DNA from: the human T2T-CHM13v2.0 reference genome, Homo sapiens | Reading direction: 5' to 3' (one strand) | Assembly: GCF_009914755.1 (NCBI RefSeq) | Contig: NC_060928.1 | DNA length: 64,000 nucleotides | Shown here: positions 38,761-53,225 of the stretch, one piece after another | Numbering within the stretch: position 1 is the stretch's first letter | Layout of the letters: each line of letters opens with the position of its first letter | The notes under the pieces: generated by a model | The model's database searches: none | The model's input: the letters and a program-made list of their open reading frames with translations, nothing else | What the model was told of the DNA's origin: nothing | Program-made: the position numbers and the translations under genes

Positions 38761-40020
38761 CAAATTGATTCCTGCCATCTATTGGTTCTTAACATTATTG
38801 TGTATAATTGATGTTAAGTTGCTCATAAAAGGCTGGCCTTCTCTTCCTCAGTATGTACTTTTCAAGAAAGCTAAACCTAGCAAATCTAGCCCTCCAAGAA
38901 AGAAAGGAACTCCAGGCCAAAAGGAACAGCTCTGATCCTGCTGCTAGTTAGTATCAGGCTCCTGACACCTGGTAAAGGTCAAGCATTGAACACTAGGGCT
39001 TTTACCTTACCCACCTTGCCAAGTAATTTTCATTCCTCATTTTAGTTTCTGTTGACTACCTGGCTGCAGTAATACTATTCTCTTTCAAGAAATCCTTTGT
39101 CTTCAGAGGCGTGCATCCACTCAGCCCATCACTGATCTCCCTTCCTTCATCCAGCAGCATCAGAAGCTGACTGCTCACCCTGAGATAACTTCATAACCTC
39201 TGACTCAACCTTGGTTTTATTTAGGAGCAGGCTTCCTTGTATATAACTTGGCTATGAGCTTCATGAGGACATGAATTATATCGGTTTTATTTACTGTGGT
39301 ATCCTTAGCACCAAGAAAAGTATTGGGAACTGAGTAAATTCTTGTTGAATGATTAAATTATGTGCTAACATGTGTATGCACCGTATGGGAAGCTCAGGTA
39401 TCTGTGCTCTGGTAATGCCCTTAGTCCTCATTAGTGCCACTAGAGACTACAGAACAATCTCAAGCAAACAAATGGTATATGCTCCCCTTACCAACTTGCA
39501 AATGGCCATTATTCACCCACTTCATGGGAATGGTCATAGTTTAATGCTGTATTCCTTAAAGCCCAGACCTTGTCCTGACCAGAGAAATTTGGAGAGTTAT
39601 CAGATAATGGCAGTCACATGCAAGAAGTGGTAGAGGAGAGATGTCCCACATACGTGAGACTTTAAGTACTAACCTGGATTGAGAAATATTTTATTTGACA
39701 AAACTAGTGCAGCTGTGACATTTCTATCTTTCATCACTTGACATTACTTTGAGGTCTTGATATTTACTTCACTCAAGGGACAGAAACTTCTAAGCCCTCC
39801 CATGCTAGATTTTTGGTGTTTTCAGGCTGTCTTATGAGATTTATCTTACTCTGTACTCACAGTGCTGCCTCCCAAATAACACACAGAATTTCTATGTTGT
39901 TGTGCAGATTTTTATAATATGTACTTAGTTTTCATTCTTATGCAGGTGACCTTCATGTTGCAAGCAGGATGAGTTTATACAGTATCTCAGGGGTACGTTC
40001 TATTTGATTGCCCTCCCTGC

Positions 40021-40022
<2 letters not shown>

Positions 40023-40069
<47 letters not shown>

Positions 40070-40092
40070 GAGAGAGAGAGAGAGAAAGAGCG
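40023..40092. repeat. Compound microsatellite (AC)20(AG)n
   Basis: Perfect AC run at 40023-40062 followed by an interrupted AG run. Confidence 0.95.
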
Positions 40093-40319
40093 AGCGCAAC
40101 CTGTTCTTTGGGATACATTACATTATCTAGCCAGGTGATGTACTAATACAAAAACAATTTTAAAAATAATTTTTCTGCACTCTGATACCTCCTTCAATTT
40201 GTTGATGAAGCTGTTGCTATAAACTATTAGCAAATACAAAGTTCTTCATTCAGTTCAAACACAGACAAATATATGTATCTGGTGCTAAATGGTTCCTGGT
40301 TTCTTTTTTATTTTTCCAG

Positions 40320-40433
40320 GCAAGAAAACTGATCAGTGATTTTGCCATTATCTTGTCCATTCTCATCTTTTGTGTAATAGATGCCCTAGTAGGCGTGGAC
40401 ACCCCAAAACTAATTGTGCCAAGTGAGTTCAAG
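40320..40433 (+). CDS. SLC4A4: SLC4A4 coding exon, 114 nt, phase 0-0
   Basis: Acceptor tttttccag|GCA and donor AAG|gtaggt. Translates [38 protein letters not shown], in frame with the previous exon across a 34,348-nt intron. Confidence 0.97.
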
Positions 40434-40731
40434 GTAGGTGAATGTCTATCTTTTGGTCATTCCTGGAACTCTTTTTCTTTCTTTCCCCCTATTCTAATTT
40501 ATTGTGTTTCTCTTTGAGTTAGTTTTGTACAATTATCCATATTTTTTTTCCAAAATCAGTCCCTCTTAGGCTCATATATACATGTAGTTTAATTTCTTCA
40601 CTACAATTAAATGTCAAGACTAGGTTTTTTATTTAAAACAACTGATAATACTATTATAAACTCTGGCTTATAGTTTTAGAATAAATATCCAAAATATTTT
40701 ATATAACTTATTACCTTGATCTATATAATGA

Positions 40732-40980
<249 letters not shown>

Positions 40981-42067
40981 CATCATCCTGATTTTATAAA
41001 GTTAAGATTGAAGCTCAAAGAATTAAGTAAAATGCCTAAGATTATGGAACTAGTAATGTCAAGATGTGAAGTTAGAACCCAAGCCTCCAGAAGTCTAGTC
41101 TAATACTCTTTTCATGCTATGAAACTACCTACCACACGCATGTATATATAATGTGAATTGTAATTATTACAAAGTAGATATAATAATTACTTAACTTACG
41201 AACCTATTGATATGTGTAGGTAATGGATAAAATTTACATTCCAGTCATTCCTAAATATATTCCTAGCTAATTTTTCACTACAAGTCTTTTATCTATTTTC
41301 TAGAATAATCCTCCTTCCCTCCACTACTGAGATCATATATTTGCTAAGAATTATTAAGCTAGTTGCAGTTTTAGTTTAATAACTGCTTAATGAGGAAGGG
41401 ATATATATGTTATAACACACATTATTTTTTGAATTGTCTCTGCTATCACATATTCATTAGTAAAGATAAGTTCTCATCCATTCAACCATTAATTCATTTG
41501 AGTTAATATTTATTGAATATTGAGTCAGGCTCTAAGCTGGAAATTTGAAATGCATTGATGAGTAAGACAAATTTTTTTCCCTGACAAGCTCACATCTGCT
41601 AATTGTAGTAAAATGAGGTTAGATTCAGTGACAGAATTATGAGACAGATGATGGGAATGTCCTCAGAAGAGAAGTGAGACTTTCTTGATAGCAAATATGG
41701 AGAAAATAATTCACAGTGTTCTATTTTAGTTTTTTATTTGCATTGTTGAATGTAAGGAAAAGCGTAGGAAACCCTTTTTTTTCTGTAGTAGACATATATG
41801 ATCTACTGATGGAAAACAGACTAAGAACTGCAAAAATGACAGTTTTTTCCAGTTTTTTTTGGTGATTTTCCTAAAATTTACCCAGTTATTATAGATCATT
41901 ATTTCATATGTAAAATAAGAGACCAGAATTTTTACATTAGTTCACTTATATAAAAACAGTTATGGCTTTTTATATATATTATGAAGCTGTTAAAATTCGG
42001 CAATAGTATAAACAATTTCATTATAATTGCTAAAACCCATGAACAAAATTCATGGTGATTTGGTAAT

Positions 42068-42152
42068 TTCTTGCTACCTTTTTACTGAATTTCTTGCTAT
42101 CTTTTTACTTTTTACCTTTTACTTTTTACTTGCTACCTTTTTACCTTTTTAC
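42068..42152. repeat. Low-complexity (ttttac / cttgctaccttttt) repeat
   Basis: ttcttgcta(c/t)ctttttact is repeated, followed by ttttac units. Confidence 0.75.
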
Positions 42153-42484
42153 ATTTGGAGTTTTCTTCTGGCTACTCTTTAAACTTAAATCAGTTTCTTC
42201 CATTTTGAGTCCTTATCTTAAACCATCCCAAATATGCAAAATGCCATTCACTTATTTTCCAACAGCCCATACTCTTTCTCTACTTTCTTTAAAGAATTGC
42301 CTCAAAAATAACATCCTTTGGGAGAGTTTTGGTGAATAATCTTCATTCTCTAGCTCATAACTGTTTATATTTCTCAATATGTTGGTTATCCAAATATAAA
42401 AGCATGTCTTCCCGTTGGTTTTTTCACCAAATAGTATATATTAACCTGATAATTTTCTGAAAAATGTCATCTGTCTTTTTCAAG

Positions 42485-42646
42485 CCAACAAGTCCAAACC
42501 GAGGTTGGTTCGTTCCACCGTTTGGAGAAAACCCCTGGTGGGTGTGCCTTGCTGCTGCTATCCCGGCTTTGTTGGTCACTATACTGATTTTCATGGACCA
42601 ACAAATTACAGCTGTGATTGTAAACAGGAAAGAACATAAACTCAAG
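42485..42646 (+). CDS. SLC4A4: SLC4A4 coding exon, 162 nt, phase 0-0 (includes ion-site residues D754/T758)
   Basis: Acceptor gtctttttcaag|CCA and donor AAG|gtaagt. Translates [54 protein letters not shown], containing the SLC4 DQQIT motif. Confidence 0.97.
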
Positions 42647-43344
42647 GTAAGTGTCCATAATAATGTCTGTCATTGCCTTCTACTTTCTTTTTAGTACTTG
42701 AAAACACTAATTGATTAAAAACCAAGGGAGCTTTGTTGGGAGTTACTATAGCTAATGTTCCTTAAGAGTCCGCAGAACCAGAGATCACTTTGTATTGGTA
42801 CATGTCTTCAATATAACACTTTAGGGAGAGCTCATTTAAATCTGAAAAAAAAAAAAGGTTTCAAATCATATTTCTTTCACCAGCAAAGAGAATACAAACA
42901 TAATTTACTATTTAGCCACAGTCATCCTACATCTGATTTTAGTGGAGTAACTATCCTCAATAAAGACAATGACAATCAAAGATTTAATTAATTTATACTG
43001 AGCATCTGCTTTCTCTTAAATCAACTCAGGTTTATTCTTAAAGATTATTCAGATAGTTCATGGTTGTAAGCTGGTGGTGTACATCCTGTTTTTTGTCTTC
43101 ACATACTTGTGTCAGTATGTTATTAACCATAAAGAAGGGAGAAAAATGCTTTATTTTGGACATTTTAAAAATCAGTTATTAACTTTGTTATGAGTCTAAA
43201 GAAAATGCCTTAGTGGTCTGGGATATCTTTCAAGAGAGCTGCCTAAAATGCTCTTACTTTATATAATGTTTTTCCAGCTCCAGTGACTTTTTTAGTTGCA
43301 ATGGATTTTTACAATACCATTTGAAGAAGTGAGATATGAATGGT

Positions 43345-43460
43345 AACAATAATAAGAGCTATTATTTAGTGGAGGGCTACTATGAGCCAGGCCATCTTCT
43401 AAGCACTTTGTATTATATATTAACTCGTTAACTTTTCATAACCACCATATGAGGGAAGCA
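43345..43460 (-). mobile_element. MIR (overlaps the left arm of the inverted duplication)
   Basis: tactatgagccaggc.atcttctaagcactttgtat.atatattaactc...cataaccaccatatgagg. Confidence 0.6.
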
Positions 43461-44374
43461 TGAAAATGCATTAGAGTCTGTTACCCAGAAGGAGAGGATA
43501 TTACTAAGAATAGAGTTCAACACAGTAGGTATAGCAGGAAAAATATTCAGGAAATATAAAGAATTGGCTGACTACAGAAACCCATTGAGCAGAGGAATGA
43601 GAGAGATGAGGAAGATTCTGATAAACTATCCAAGTAGGGAGAACTTAAAAAGCTGTAGATCATGGTAAGAAAGGAGTAAATCCCATAATAATAAGACCAG
43701 GAGAAGAAAATTAAAAGCTTTGGTCAAAGAAGAGATGTTTAGATTTTGAGAGTTTGGAAGGAGAGAAAGCTGAGATTGATGAACTGGTCCAAAGCATGTG
43801 GCTAGCTCCCGAAGCATGTTGACAATGACGTCCATCAAAACTTGTAAGTTAGAGTAATGTGAGTCTGGTGAACTGAAAGTATCACCTGCCTCAATATTGA
43901 TATGATTGGAAAGTGGCACAGAGCATGGTAGAGAAGAACATCATGGGAAAGTTGCTAAAACCATAAGTAAAAGTATATAACTGTCCTGGAGGTCGGCATA
44001 TTTAGTGATGTGGAAGGGCAGAATGAAGAATAACTGGGCTTCAATACAAGGCAGTTCATAAAGCACGAAAACAAGTGAGGTATGCTCCCATCTAACATGG
44101 AGAGTAAAACAAACAAACAAAACAAACAAACAAACCAACAAAAAAACTAGACTGTCACTAAAGAACAAATCTCTGCAAGAAATCAGTGCTCCCAAAGGAA
44201 ACCAAGTGGTTTTCACTTATGATGAAAGAAAAGGTTGCAAATTCAGTTGGAAAATTACATTAAAATGACTTTCCCCCTATGCCCACTCCTGCCGTGAGTA
44301 GATACTGTACTGCTCTGAGATACTTTTAATTCTAAGATCATTGAGCTTCTCACATTCTGGTAATGTTGGGTTAT

Positions 44375-44638
44375 TTGCACTTGTTACATGGCAGCTGACT
44401 TAAGAATTAAGAAGTGGAAGATGCTAGGCCATTAAATGGTTATATCTGCAACTGGCACAGCCTTACTTCTTTACTTTGCTGTAGTCAATGGGTCAAAATA
44501 GTCACAGGGGCAGCCTCCATTCAAGGGGGTGAGGGGGGAATTCTCCTTTTAATGGGGGAATGGCAAGGTCGTATTACAGAAAACCGTGTAAGATAGGAGA
44601 TGTTTTCCAGCCATTTTTGGAAAATAAAATCTGCTACA
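44375..44638 (-). mobile_element. Old MaLR LTR fragment (MLT1J/K/L-like)
   Basis: aactggcacag...ggtcaaa.tagtcacagg..cagcc..cattcaaggg...ccatttttggaaaata.aatctgctaca. Confidence 0.6.
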
Positions 44639-44707
44639 TTTGTACTGAAAAATTTGCCATAGTCTAGATCTTGGTGATTGCTTCCCCGTGGTATCATTTA
44701 AGCATAT

Positions 44708-45065
<358 letters not shown>

Positions 45066-45149
45066 CATTTAAGCATATTCTTCTGTCTTCTGTGCTTCCT
45101 TTAAATTGGCCATTTGATCTAGAAGCTTGAGGAGATATAGTTTTGATAT

Positions 45150-45742
45150 TGCATATCTATCTATCTTTGTGTATGTGTATATATACACACATATAATATA
45201 TACACACATATATGTATATATGTGTGTATATACATATCCTTTCTTATATGTATATGTATATGTATACACACATATACATATACATATCCTTTCTTACCAC
45301 GATCTACAGCTTTTTAAGTTCTCCCTACTTGGATAGTTTATCAGAATCTTCCTCATCTCTCTCATTCCTCTGCTCAATGGGTTTCTATAGTCAGCCAATT
45401 CTTTATATTTCCTGAATATTTTTCCTGCTATACCTACTGTGCTGAACTCTATTCTTAGTAATATCCTCTCCTTCTGGGTAACAGACTCTAATGCGTTTTC
45501 ATGCTTCCCTCATATGGTGGTTATGAAAAGGTAATGAGTTAATATATAATACAAATATGTCTACATATATGTATATGTATACACATATGTCTACATATAT
45601 GTGTGTATATATTATACATATATGTGTATATATACATATGTGTGTATATATACATATGTGTGTATATATTATACATATATGTGTGTATATATACATATAT
45701 GTGTGTGTGTGTATATATAGAGAGAGAGAGAAAGAGAGAGAG
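45150..45742. repeat. (TA/CA/TG)n complex microsatellite split by the inverted-duplication arm, ending in (GA)n
   Basis: Alternating purine-pyrimidine tracts at 45150-45286 and 45556-45720. Confidence 0.9.
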
Positions 45743-48700
45743 AAGCCCAAGACTAATTTATAAAAGGCCAGATAACTTTAAACTACAAGTTTGCCTTAGG
45801 AATTTCGAGGCCACAGAGATAATGTGAATTCCAGCTCTAAACCCAATTGTAGAGTTGTGGTTAGGAATATCCCTATCCTGGGAGATTCTTTCTTTCTTTT
45901 CCCTTCTTTTGGCATTATACCCAATGGCAAGGCTGAGAGAGGCATGTGTTCCCACTATCTTTCTCTGTGGGGTATTTTTTTTTTGATTGGCCAACTGAGT
46001 ATGCCATGTTTAGAGTGTACTCGTTTTATTTTGGGTGGTATCTCCCATCTATGCCCTCTCCCACAGAGCCCGAGAATTGGTCTCTGTCCCAAGAGTTCAG
46101 ATGGTCATTCTAATTCAGGCCGTAAGCCTCCAAGGATTGGCACGGTCTCTCTCAGGGCAGTCCCAGGCTCCAGGGCTTACTAACTCCAAGGATTTGCTTC
46201 TTCGCGTGGCTGTTGTTTTTTGTATCCAATTGTTCCTCTTTCTAGTGGATGAGCCATAGTTTCTAAAATATATTTTCTGTGTCTTTTTGAGCATTTTCAG
46301 ATGTTCTGTATTGAGAGGGTTTCTGATGTTGGTTTAGTTTACCAAAGGCTAGAAATGGTTGTTGACTAATATTTTTATTCTGAAAAAAATTTGTTAACAA
46401 ATTCTTAATTATGATCTACGGTTGGCTAGATTTATCCTGTATCTTTGGAGGTAAATAAATCTCCTACTAATTTTTACTCACTATGTTTTCTTATTGATAA
46501 AATTCAGAATTTAGAATTTCGGAAGTTTAGGAATGATAAAATACAGACATTTTTTATCTTATTTTCAGTAGAAAACATTAGAAAATCAAGGTTTATTAGG
46601 GTTTGCCTCTTAAAATAAGAGTTGAATATATAAAAAATAAGTTTTCATCACCTTCAGAATTGCCACTTGAAATCATTCTTTTGAATAATGAGAGTTATGG
46701 AATAGGTGTCAGTCTTTTGTCACAAATCTAATGATACCAGTGAACATTTCATCATTAATCAAAGGCTTTTCACTCTGAAAATTGTTTTGTTCATATTTTG
46801 TTAGGAAAGGAGAGCTGTGGAATATGAACACTGGAGATTCTGTCTAAAATTGTAAAGGGCCTTAACTGCTATGAAATTGTTTCAAAAGAGAAAACTGAAA
46901 CTGAGAGAGATAGAAGCATTGTGGTATTAAAAACAGCATGTTTTTGGGTGGCATTTGCTTTGGCTTCCGGTCAAGTGGCTCTGGCTGTCTGTTCTGCTTG
47001 GGATGGGATCCACCTTTCCACTCTGCTGAACACCTCAGTATTGATGTAGGAACGCCAAGACACTTGGCTTTCTTTGACCATTATTTTGGTTGTTTATGCC
47101 CTGCATTAGCCCTGCAGAGTGCTCAAAAGCAAGCCAGGGTCAGCAAGGTCATGATTCCTTTAAGGTCATTCCCTGAGTCATTGGCAGAAGAAGGAATAGA
47201 GTCTGAGCTTCAGACTGCAAAGTCAGAGATACTTCTCACAAGGAAGGTGATTTCGAGAGTGTTATAGATTGGGGGTAGGAGGGAGAAATAATTTAGGATA
47301 GATATCTAGAAATAGATATGAGGTGGTTGTGGCAACCAATTTGCTCTGATATCTTTTATGGGAAAACCCTTAATTTGAGGGTGTTCTTTTTGGATAACTC
47401 CCAAATTCCTATTTTTGCCCTACTTTCATTTTTCCTTTTTATTTCTACTCTCATAATCCTATAGACTCAGTCCTTTTATTTTATGCCTAGACTCTTCTAA
47501 AGGGTTAGCCATAATAACCAATCTTCCTTGCTTCATTCCAAAAGCCTTCATTTTTTTTTTAAATGCTATTCTTGTATGTCAGTCCTGTGTTTTTAAACTT
47601 TCACACTTTGGCCCCTTTAAATCTTTACCTCTCAAAGAACTTCCATTTGTCCTAGCCTGGGTTTTAAGACTCTTTGCCAGAGTACCACGACCTAAGTTTA
47701 AAATGGCTTTCTTCAAATGCTAGCCAGTGCTCTAGTCAAATGAACAGTTGAGTTTTCCTTAAGCGTGACAGTTTCTTCTGCTAGGTACTCCAGCCAGAAA
47801 CCTCTTCTCCTTACTTCCTAATGATTGCTATTTTTCAAAATCCTCTCCATCCTTTAAGATAATTCAAATACAAAAACTTCTCAGTGTAGCTTTCACCTTT
47901 AATGTAATTTATATTTCTCTTGTTTTTGCTCTTAGTATATTTGTATTACTCTGTGGCACAGATCACATATTTCTTTTACAGTATCTGTTTTGTATAATTA
48001 CTTTATCCCTTTTCTTGGCCAAAATGTTTTCAAGGTCAGGACCATGTTTTATTCCTCTTTTCAGCTCTCGTTTGGCCCACCAGTTTCATATGGTAGACTC
48101 AATAAATACATGTTGATGAATTTTATTCTCTTTGGCCCATATGGCTCTCAGTTGTTACACTGTGTGAAATGGGTGATAACTGCAAAACATATAAACTCTC
48201 CACTTCTCAAAGTGTGTGCTTATATTGGTCAAAGCCCTGTTTAGATGTCATCACTGCAGGGAGTTTTTGTGAATTTACTGTAGACATAGTTAAACACTTC
48301 ATTATCTGTACTTTTTATTATCGTTTCCAAACCTCTTTGAATCTCTATTCAGAGTGCATTATAATTTGTGTACAAGTCTGTGTCCCCTTCTTCAATTCTG
48401 AGCCCCTTGGTGGGAGGAACCATGTCATGGCTCTTAGTGTCCCCATAAATGAGCATATTGTCTGGATCTTTGTGGGCCCCTAGCATGAACGTCTATTCTG
48501 TGTCCCTGCATGTCCCAGTGTTTACTGCTCCTCACCTCTCCTTTGTTATCAACTATGTACCACATGTAAACTTTAGGCCGCTGGGCTAGTCTTTTTCTTT
48601 CATAGATTTTGATTTCTGTGGATTTATTCCTAAATGATTTGTACTCTGTATTAGTAAAGCATATACAATTTCAAAAGGAAATAAAGTTTCACTTTCTCTC

Positions 48701-49218
48701 CTTGTACTTAAAATAATCTCCAGTTTCAGAAAATAGAACAACCGTTTGGTTTGTATTCATGGAAACAAGAAGTCTTTTAAACTTTAAAGGGCATATTTAA
48801 CCTTTTGAGCATTTATTGAGTGCTTGCTATGTATGGAACACTTGTGTTAGATGTTGAAGATAAAAATTGTTCTACATTGCCGTCTGTGCCCTGAAGGAGT
48901 TTAATGGATTTTCCCCATTCACCACCTGTCTATTACAACACCAAGGTTGGAATTGACCATGCCTTTCTTTGTGCCTTGTACCTTGCATGAACATTAAATT
49001 ATTTGTTTTCATGTCTGCCCTCAATTAATAATCTGTATCTGTCAATGAATACTTATTAAAGAATCATTTCCTATCCAAAGATATGAGCAAATGCAAAAGG
49101 CCCAGGGAGGGAAGGAGCTTGGTATATGGAGAAACATATAGTAGGCCAGTGTGACTAAGACTTGGGGAATTAATTCATTGAGATGAGGTCAAAGTTAACG
49201 GGGCCAGGTCACATGGAA

Positions 49219-49433
49219 CAAAGTTTCTGAACTTCAGCATTATTGACAGTTGGAAATTTTTTTGTTGGTGGTAGCTTTCTTGTGCATTGTAGGCTGTTTA
49301 TCAGCATTTCTAGTCTCTGGCCAGTAGAGGCATTTACACCCTCCAGCTGTGACAACCAAAAATGTCTTCAGGCATTGCCAAACGTCCCTTGGGAGTGGAG
49401 ATGAGAGCAAAATAGTTCTGGGAGGAGGCTCTG
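49219..49433 (-). mobile_element. MER20 (hAT-Charlie)
   Basis: tgtgcattgtagg.tgtt...gtgacaaccaaaaatgtct.cag.cattgccaaa.gtccc, inserted in L2-like sequence. Confidence 0.8.
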
Positions 49434-50399
49434 ATGTAGAAACTTAAAGATAATTTTGCAGCGTTTAGTTTTTCATTCTAAGTGAAACAGGAATCACTTT
49501 AAACAGGGAAGTGGCATATAATGATTTCGATTTTTAAAAAAGATTCATTCGTGAGGAGAGTGGGTTGTCAGGGACAAGAGAAAAACAGGGACGTTTGTGG
49601 TGAGAGCAGCATTGAGGGCTGAGGGTTGGTTGCTGGATGGTGTGAAGGAAGAAGGGGAATTTGCATGGAGCACTGAAAGGAGAGAATGGCTTTAAGCAAA
49701 TGTCAAGGAGTAGAAGCAGAATTCCAATTCAAAGAGTGGCACATAGGAAAGTGCAGGAGCACAGAATATGCAAGGCACATTTAGGGATTTGTAGAGTTTC
49801 TGGAATCCCTGAGGGCCTCCTCAGAGTTTTAGATGCAGGAGCATGGAAAGGGAGGCTTTGTATTGCTCGGCCTTCTCAGCTGCCTGTGGCCTCCCCTATT
49901 CAGCGATATCCAGCTTGGGCTTGATGGGGTCAGAACTGCATTTGAAACACTCAGTCTGGCAGCAGTGAGGATGGATGGGGGAGGAACAAGAGTGGAGGTG
50001 GGTGGGGGGAGCTGAGTGGAAAGGGAAGGTGGGTGGGAAGAGGCTGCTGCATAATCCAGGAGAGAAAGGATGAGAATCTGAAAAAGGTAATGGCAGTGGG
50101 GAGGAGGAGTACAGAACAGATAAAAAGTTTCATATGTTATTTTTGAAAAATACTGTTTTCCATATTTCTTGCAGTATTCTTTATATAAAAAGGACCAGTA
50201 TTTGAATATTATTTTTATTCCATTCAAATCTAGTCATTCAGATACTTTTAACTCAAAGGGACATCTTAGAAGTGGCTTGTTTTTATGCATATATAGGTGG
50301 TTTTGCAGAAACAACTTCTCTGACATAACCATTTGCATTCTTGGGTCTCATGGCAATAGTTTGGGGCAACATGAATTTGAAGCATAGCTTTTACCATTC

Positions 50400-53225
50400 T
50401 GTTCAACAAATGTGTCTCCAGAGTTTAATGTTTGTCGGACACTGTACTAGACATGGTAAGCCTTACATGTTGAAATTTGGCAAAATAAATTTATCACTTT
50501 TTTATCTTTGACCTTGTTCTCCATAAACTCTCCCCAGTGTTGTTCCTTTAGTTTAAACTGCATCTTCTCAAACCTGGATTATAACAGTGTTGTCGTGTCT
50601 GTCCTCTGCCTCTAATCTTGACCACTCCCAATATACCGTTTATAGTCCCAACAGAGCCATCCTTCTAAATAGAAATCTGATTATATCACTTGCCTGCCTA
50701 AAACCCTTCAGTGACTTCCTATTGCTCTTGTGATAAAAAATTCCAAAGCCTTTAGCAAAACATAAAAGTTCTTAACTTCTCTAGCCTAATTTTCTACCTC
50801 CCCCATCTTCTCCTGTGCACCAAATCTATTTCATTTTCTCAGAATGGCAACTTGCTTTACATAGTTTTTCACGTACTTCTTATCTCTGAGCTGGTTATGG
50901 CTCATATTTTAGAACTCAACCTAAATACTACCCCCATGCAAACCATCCCTGACTTTGCGCTAAGTTGGGTACCCCTCCTGGATGCTTTCTTAGCACCCTG
51001 AATTCACCCCTACTGTAGGCCTTTAACACTGTGGTTTTATAAACACCTGTTGTTTTGACCAGCTCTACCATTCCAGTAAACCACTGGAGGGAAGGACTGT
51101 GTATTATTTATAACTTTACCTCCAGGGTCTAGCAGAGTGCCATTGAATGAGCGAATTAGCATTTATTCATTTATCCATCAAACATTTATCTATAGTATCC
51201 ATTCTGTGGTACGCACTGTGCCAAGTGCTAGTTTGGTGGTGAACAAAAACATACATGGTTCCTGTCCTCATGGAACTGTGAGAGAGAGAGGCACAATTCA
51301 CATAATTATGCAGAATGTGACACCGCAAATGTGGCTGATGTTGTGAAGGAGAAGGAGATGGTATGTTGAGAGGGAGTTCCCTAATGTGATGGCACTTATA
51401 TTGAGACCTAAAATGTTAGCAAGAATTAGCTAAATGAGGCTGGGTGGGAAGACTATTTTGGACACCCAGAGAAATCAGTGTGTATGCATAGGCCTTACAA
51501 AAGGAGGTACCTGGTGAGAACCAGTGATTGAAATAATCCTGTGTGGCTGCAATGAGAGAGTTGAGGCTGGAGAAGAGGTAGAGGCAGACCAGGTAGGGCC
51601 TTCAGGTCACATTGGTGATTTTCCCTTCCCCTTAAGAACAAAAAGAAGTCCAGTGTGGCTGAGGAGATGGAAGACTTTTTGAAAGCAGTGATGTCAAGGG
51701 AAACAGAGTACTTATCTATCTGTAATTATTTTATCCCAGAACCTTTGTTTATTCTGATAGTTATATATAGTTACCTTTATAGTCCATCATCTAAAATCTT
51801 CATTTCACCCTCTTTCATATGGGCCTTTTTGCTAGTCTTGGACATATGTAACTCAAACTTGTTTTAGTGGAAATAGATCCAGAAAGCATCGAGATGATGC
51901 AGGGTAACATGGGTGACTTTTTTTTACATAAGCTATTCTTTTGACCCATTCATCTGGCTAGTGTCCACATCCTTAGATTACTACAGGTTTTTTGGTAACA
52001 AGATTTGTGGATTCTTCTCATTATTACCCTGCTGGTACTTCTAATATGGACTTCAGTGATTTAGTCTAAAGAGGGCATAAAAATTCTGTGATGTCTCTAC
52101 TGTTTTTCTCCTTTTTTACCTCCCCACAAATGTTTCTCATGTCTGTGAATTTACAATAAAGTGTTACATTTTTTTCATGGCTAAACAAGAGTTTATAATT
52201 GCCAGTAAGGGGAGTATATGCATGCTATTTTTCCTTTTCTAAAAATAAACATTTATTGAGAATCAGCTGTGCATCATGCACTCTGCTAAGGTATTCAGAA
52301 TACAGAGAAAAAAAGATACAGTCCGGTCCTCATATTACTTACAGTCTAATGTCAAAGACAGATGAATACATACATAATTTCAGAATTAGTGTGACGAGTG
52401 TTGTGATAGAGGAAGTCATAAAATGCAAAGCAGGGAAACATAAAGGAGGAGAACTAACCTAACTTGACTTACTTATCTCACCTAGGTTGAGGAAGGAAAA
52501 CCAACCAGAAAAGGTGAGGGTTAATTTAAGCCTTAAGGATACATAGGACTGAGCGAGAGAAAGAACAAAGGAAGAGTAGAGGTTATTCCGGGTAGAAGAG
52601 GCTATGTTGGCAAAGACACAGAAAGCATCAGTGAAAGAAACACATATGAGGCATTGCAGGTGGTTGAAAGTGGTGGTGGCACAGGATCCAAGCATGAGAG
52701 AGATTAAAGATGAGGCTGCAGATGTGAACAGAGGCCAGATCATGAATGAACCATAGTGGGGTCTTAGACACACAAATAGGGAGGAGGGAGAAAATTCTGT
52801 AGGCTCCACCTTAAGGTATAGCCAGAACCCAACCGCTTCTTACCATCTTCACTGCCACCACTCTGGTTCTAATCATCACAGTTTCTTCCAATGGTTATTT
52901 AGTCTTACTATCTTTTCCCTATTCGCCTAACACAGCAGCCAGTGTGTTTAGAACATAAGCAAACCATGACTCTCCTCCATTTCAAACCCTCCAGTGGTTT
53001 CCCATTATACTCATTCTACAAGCCTAGGTTCTGATAGTTCTCCGTAGTACTTATTACTAGGTGAGAAGCTGCATATTTTATTTATTTATGGTATTCATTG
53101 TTGTCTCCCTCAGTAGAATGGAGACTCCATGAGGGCAAGATTTTTTTTGTCTGTTTTATTCACAGATGTGTCACCAGCATGGTACTAAGTTGGCAGTCAA
53201 TACTCATTGAAAGAATGAATGACTG
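50400..53225. mobile_element. Cluster of L2 fragments in both orientations (~50500-51140 +, 51150-51650 -, 52240-52780 -, 52805-53222 +), approximate
   Basis: L2 motifs aaatctgattatatcact...aaaacccttcagtgacttcctattgc, aaacatttattgag, and the 3' end gaatgaatga. Confidence 0.55.

Noticed and set aside
45069-45827. Tyr/Ile/His/Cys-rich ORFs on both strands
   Set aside because: They are translations of TA/CA/TG microsatellites.
49970-50045. G-rich tract as a G-quadruplex element
   Set aside because: The loops are irregular and partly long, and it probably belongs to purine-rich degraded repeat sequence. No functional evidence.
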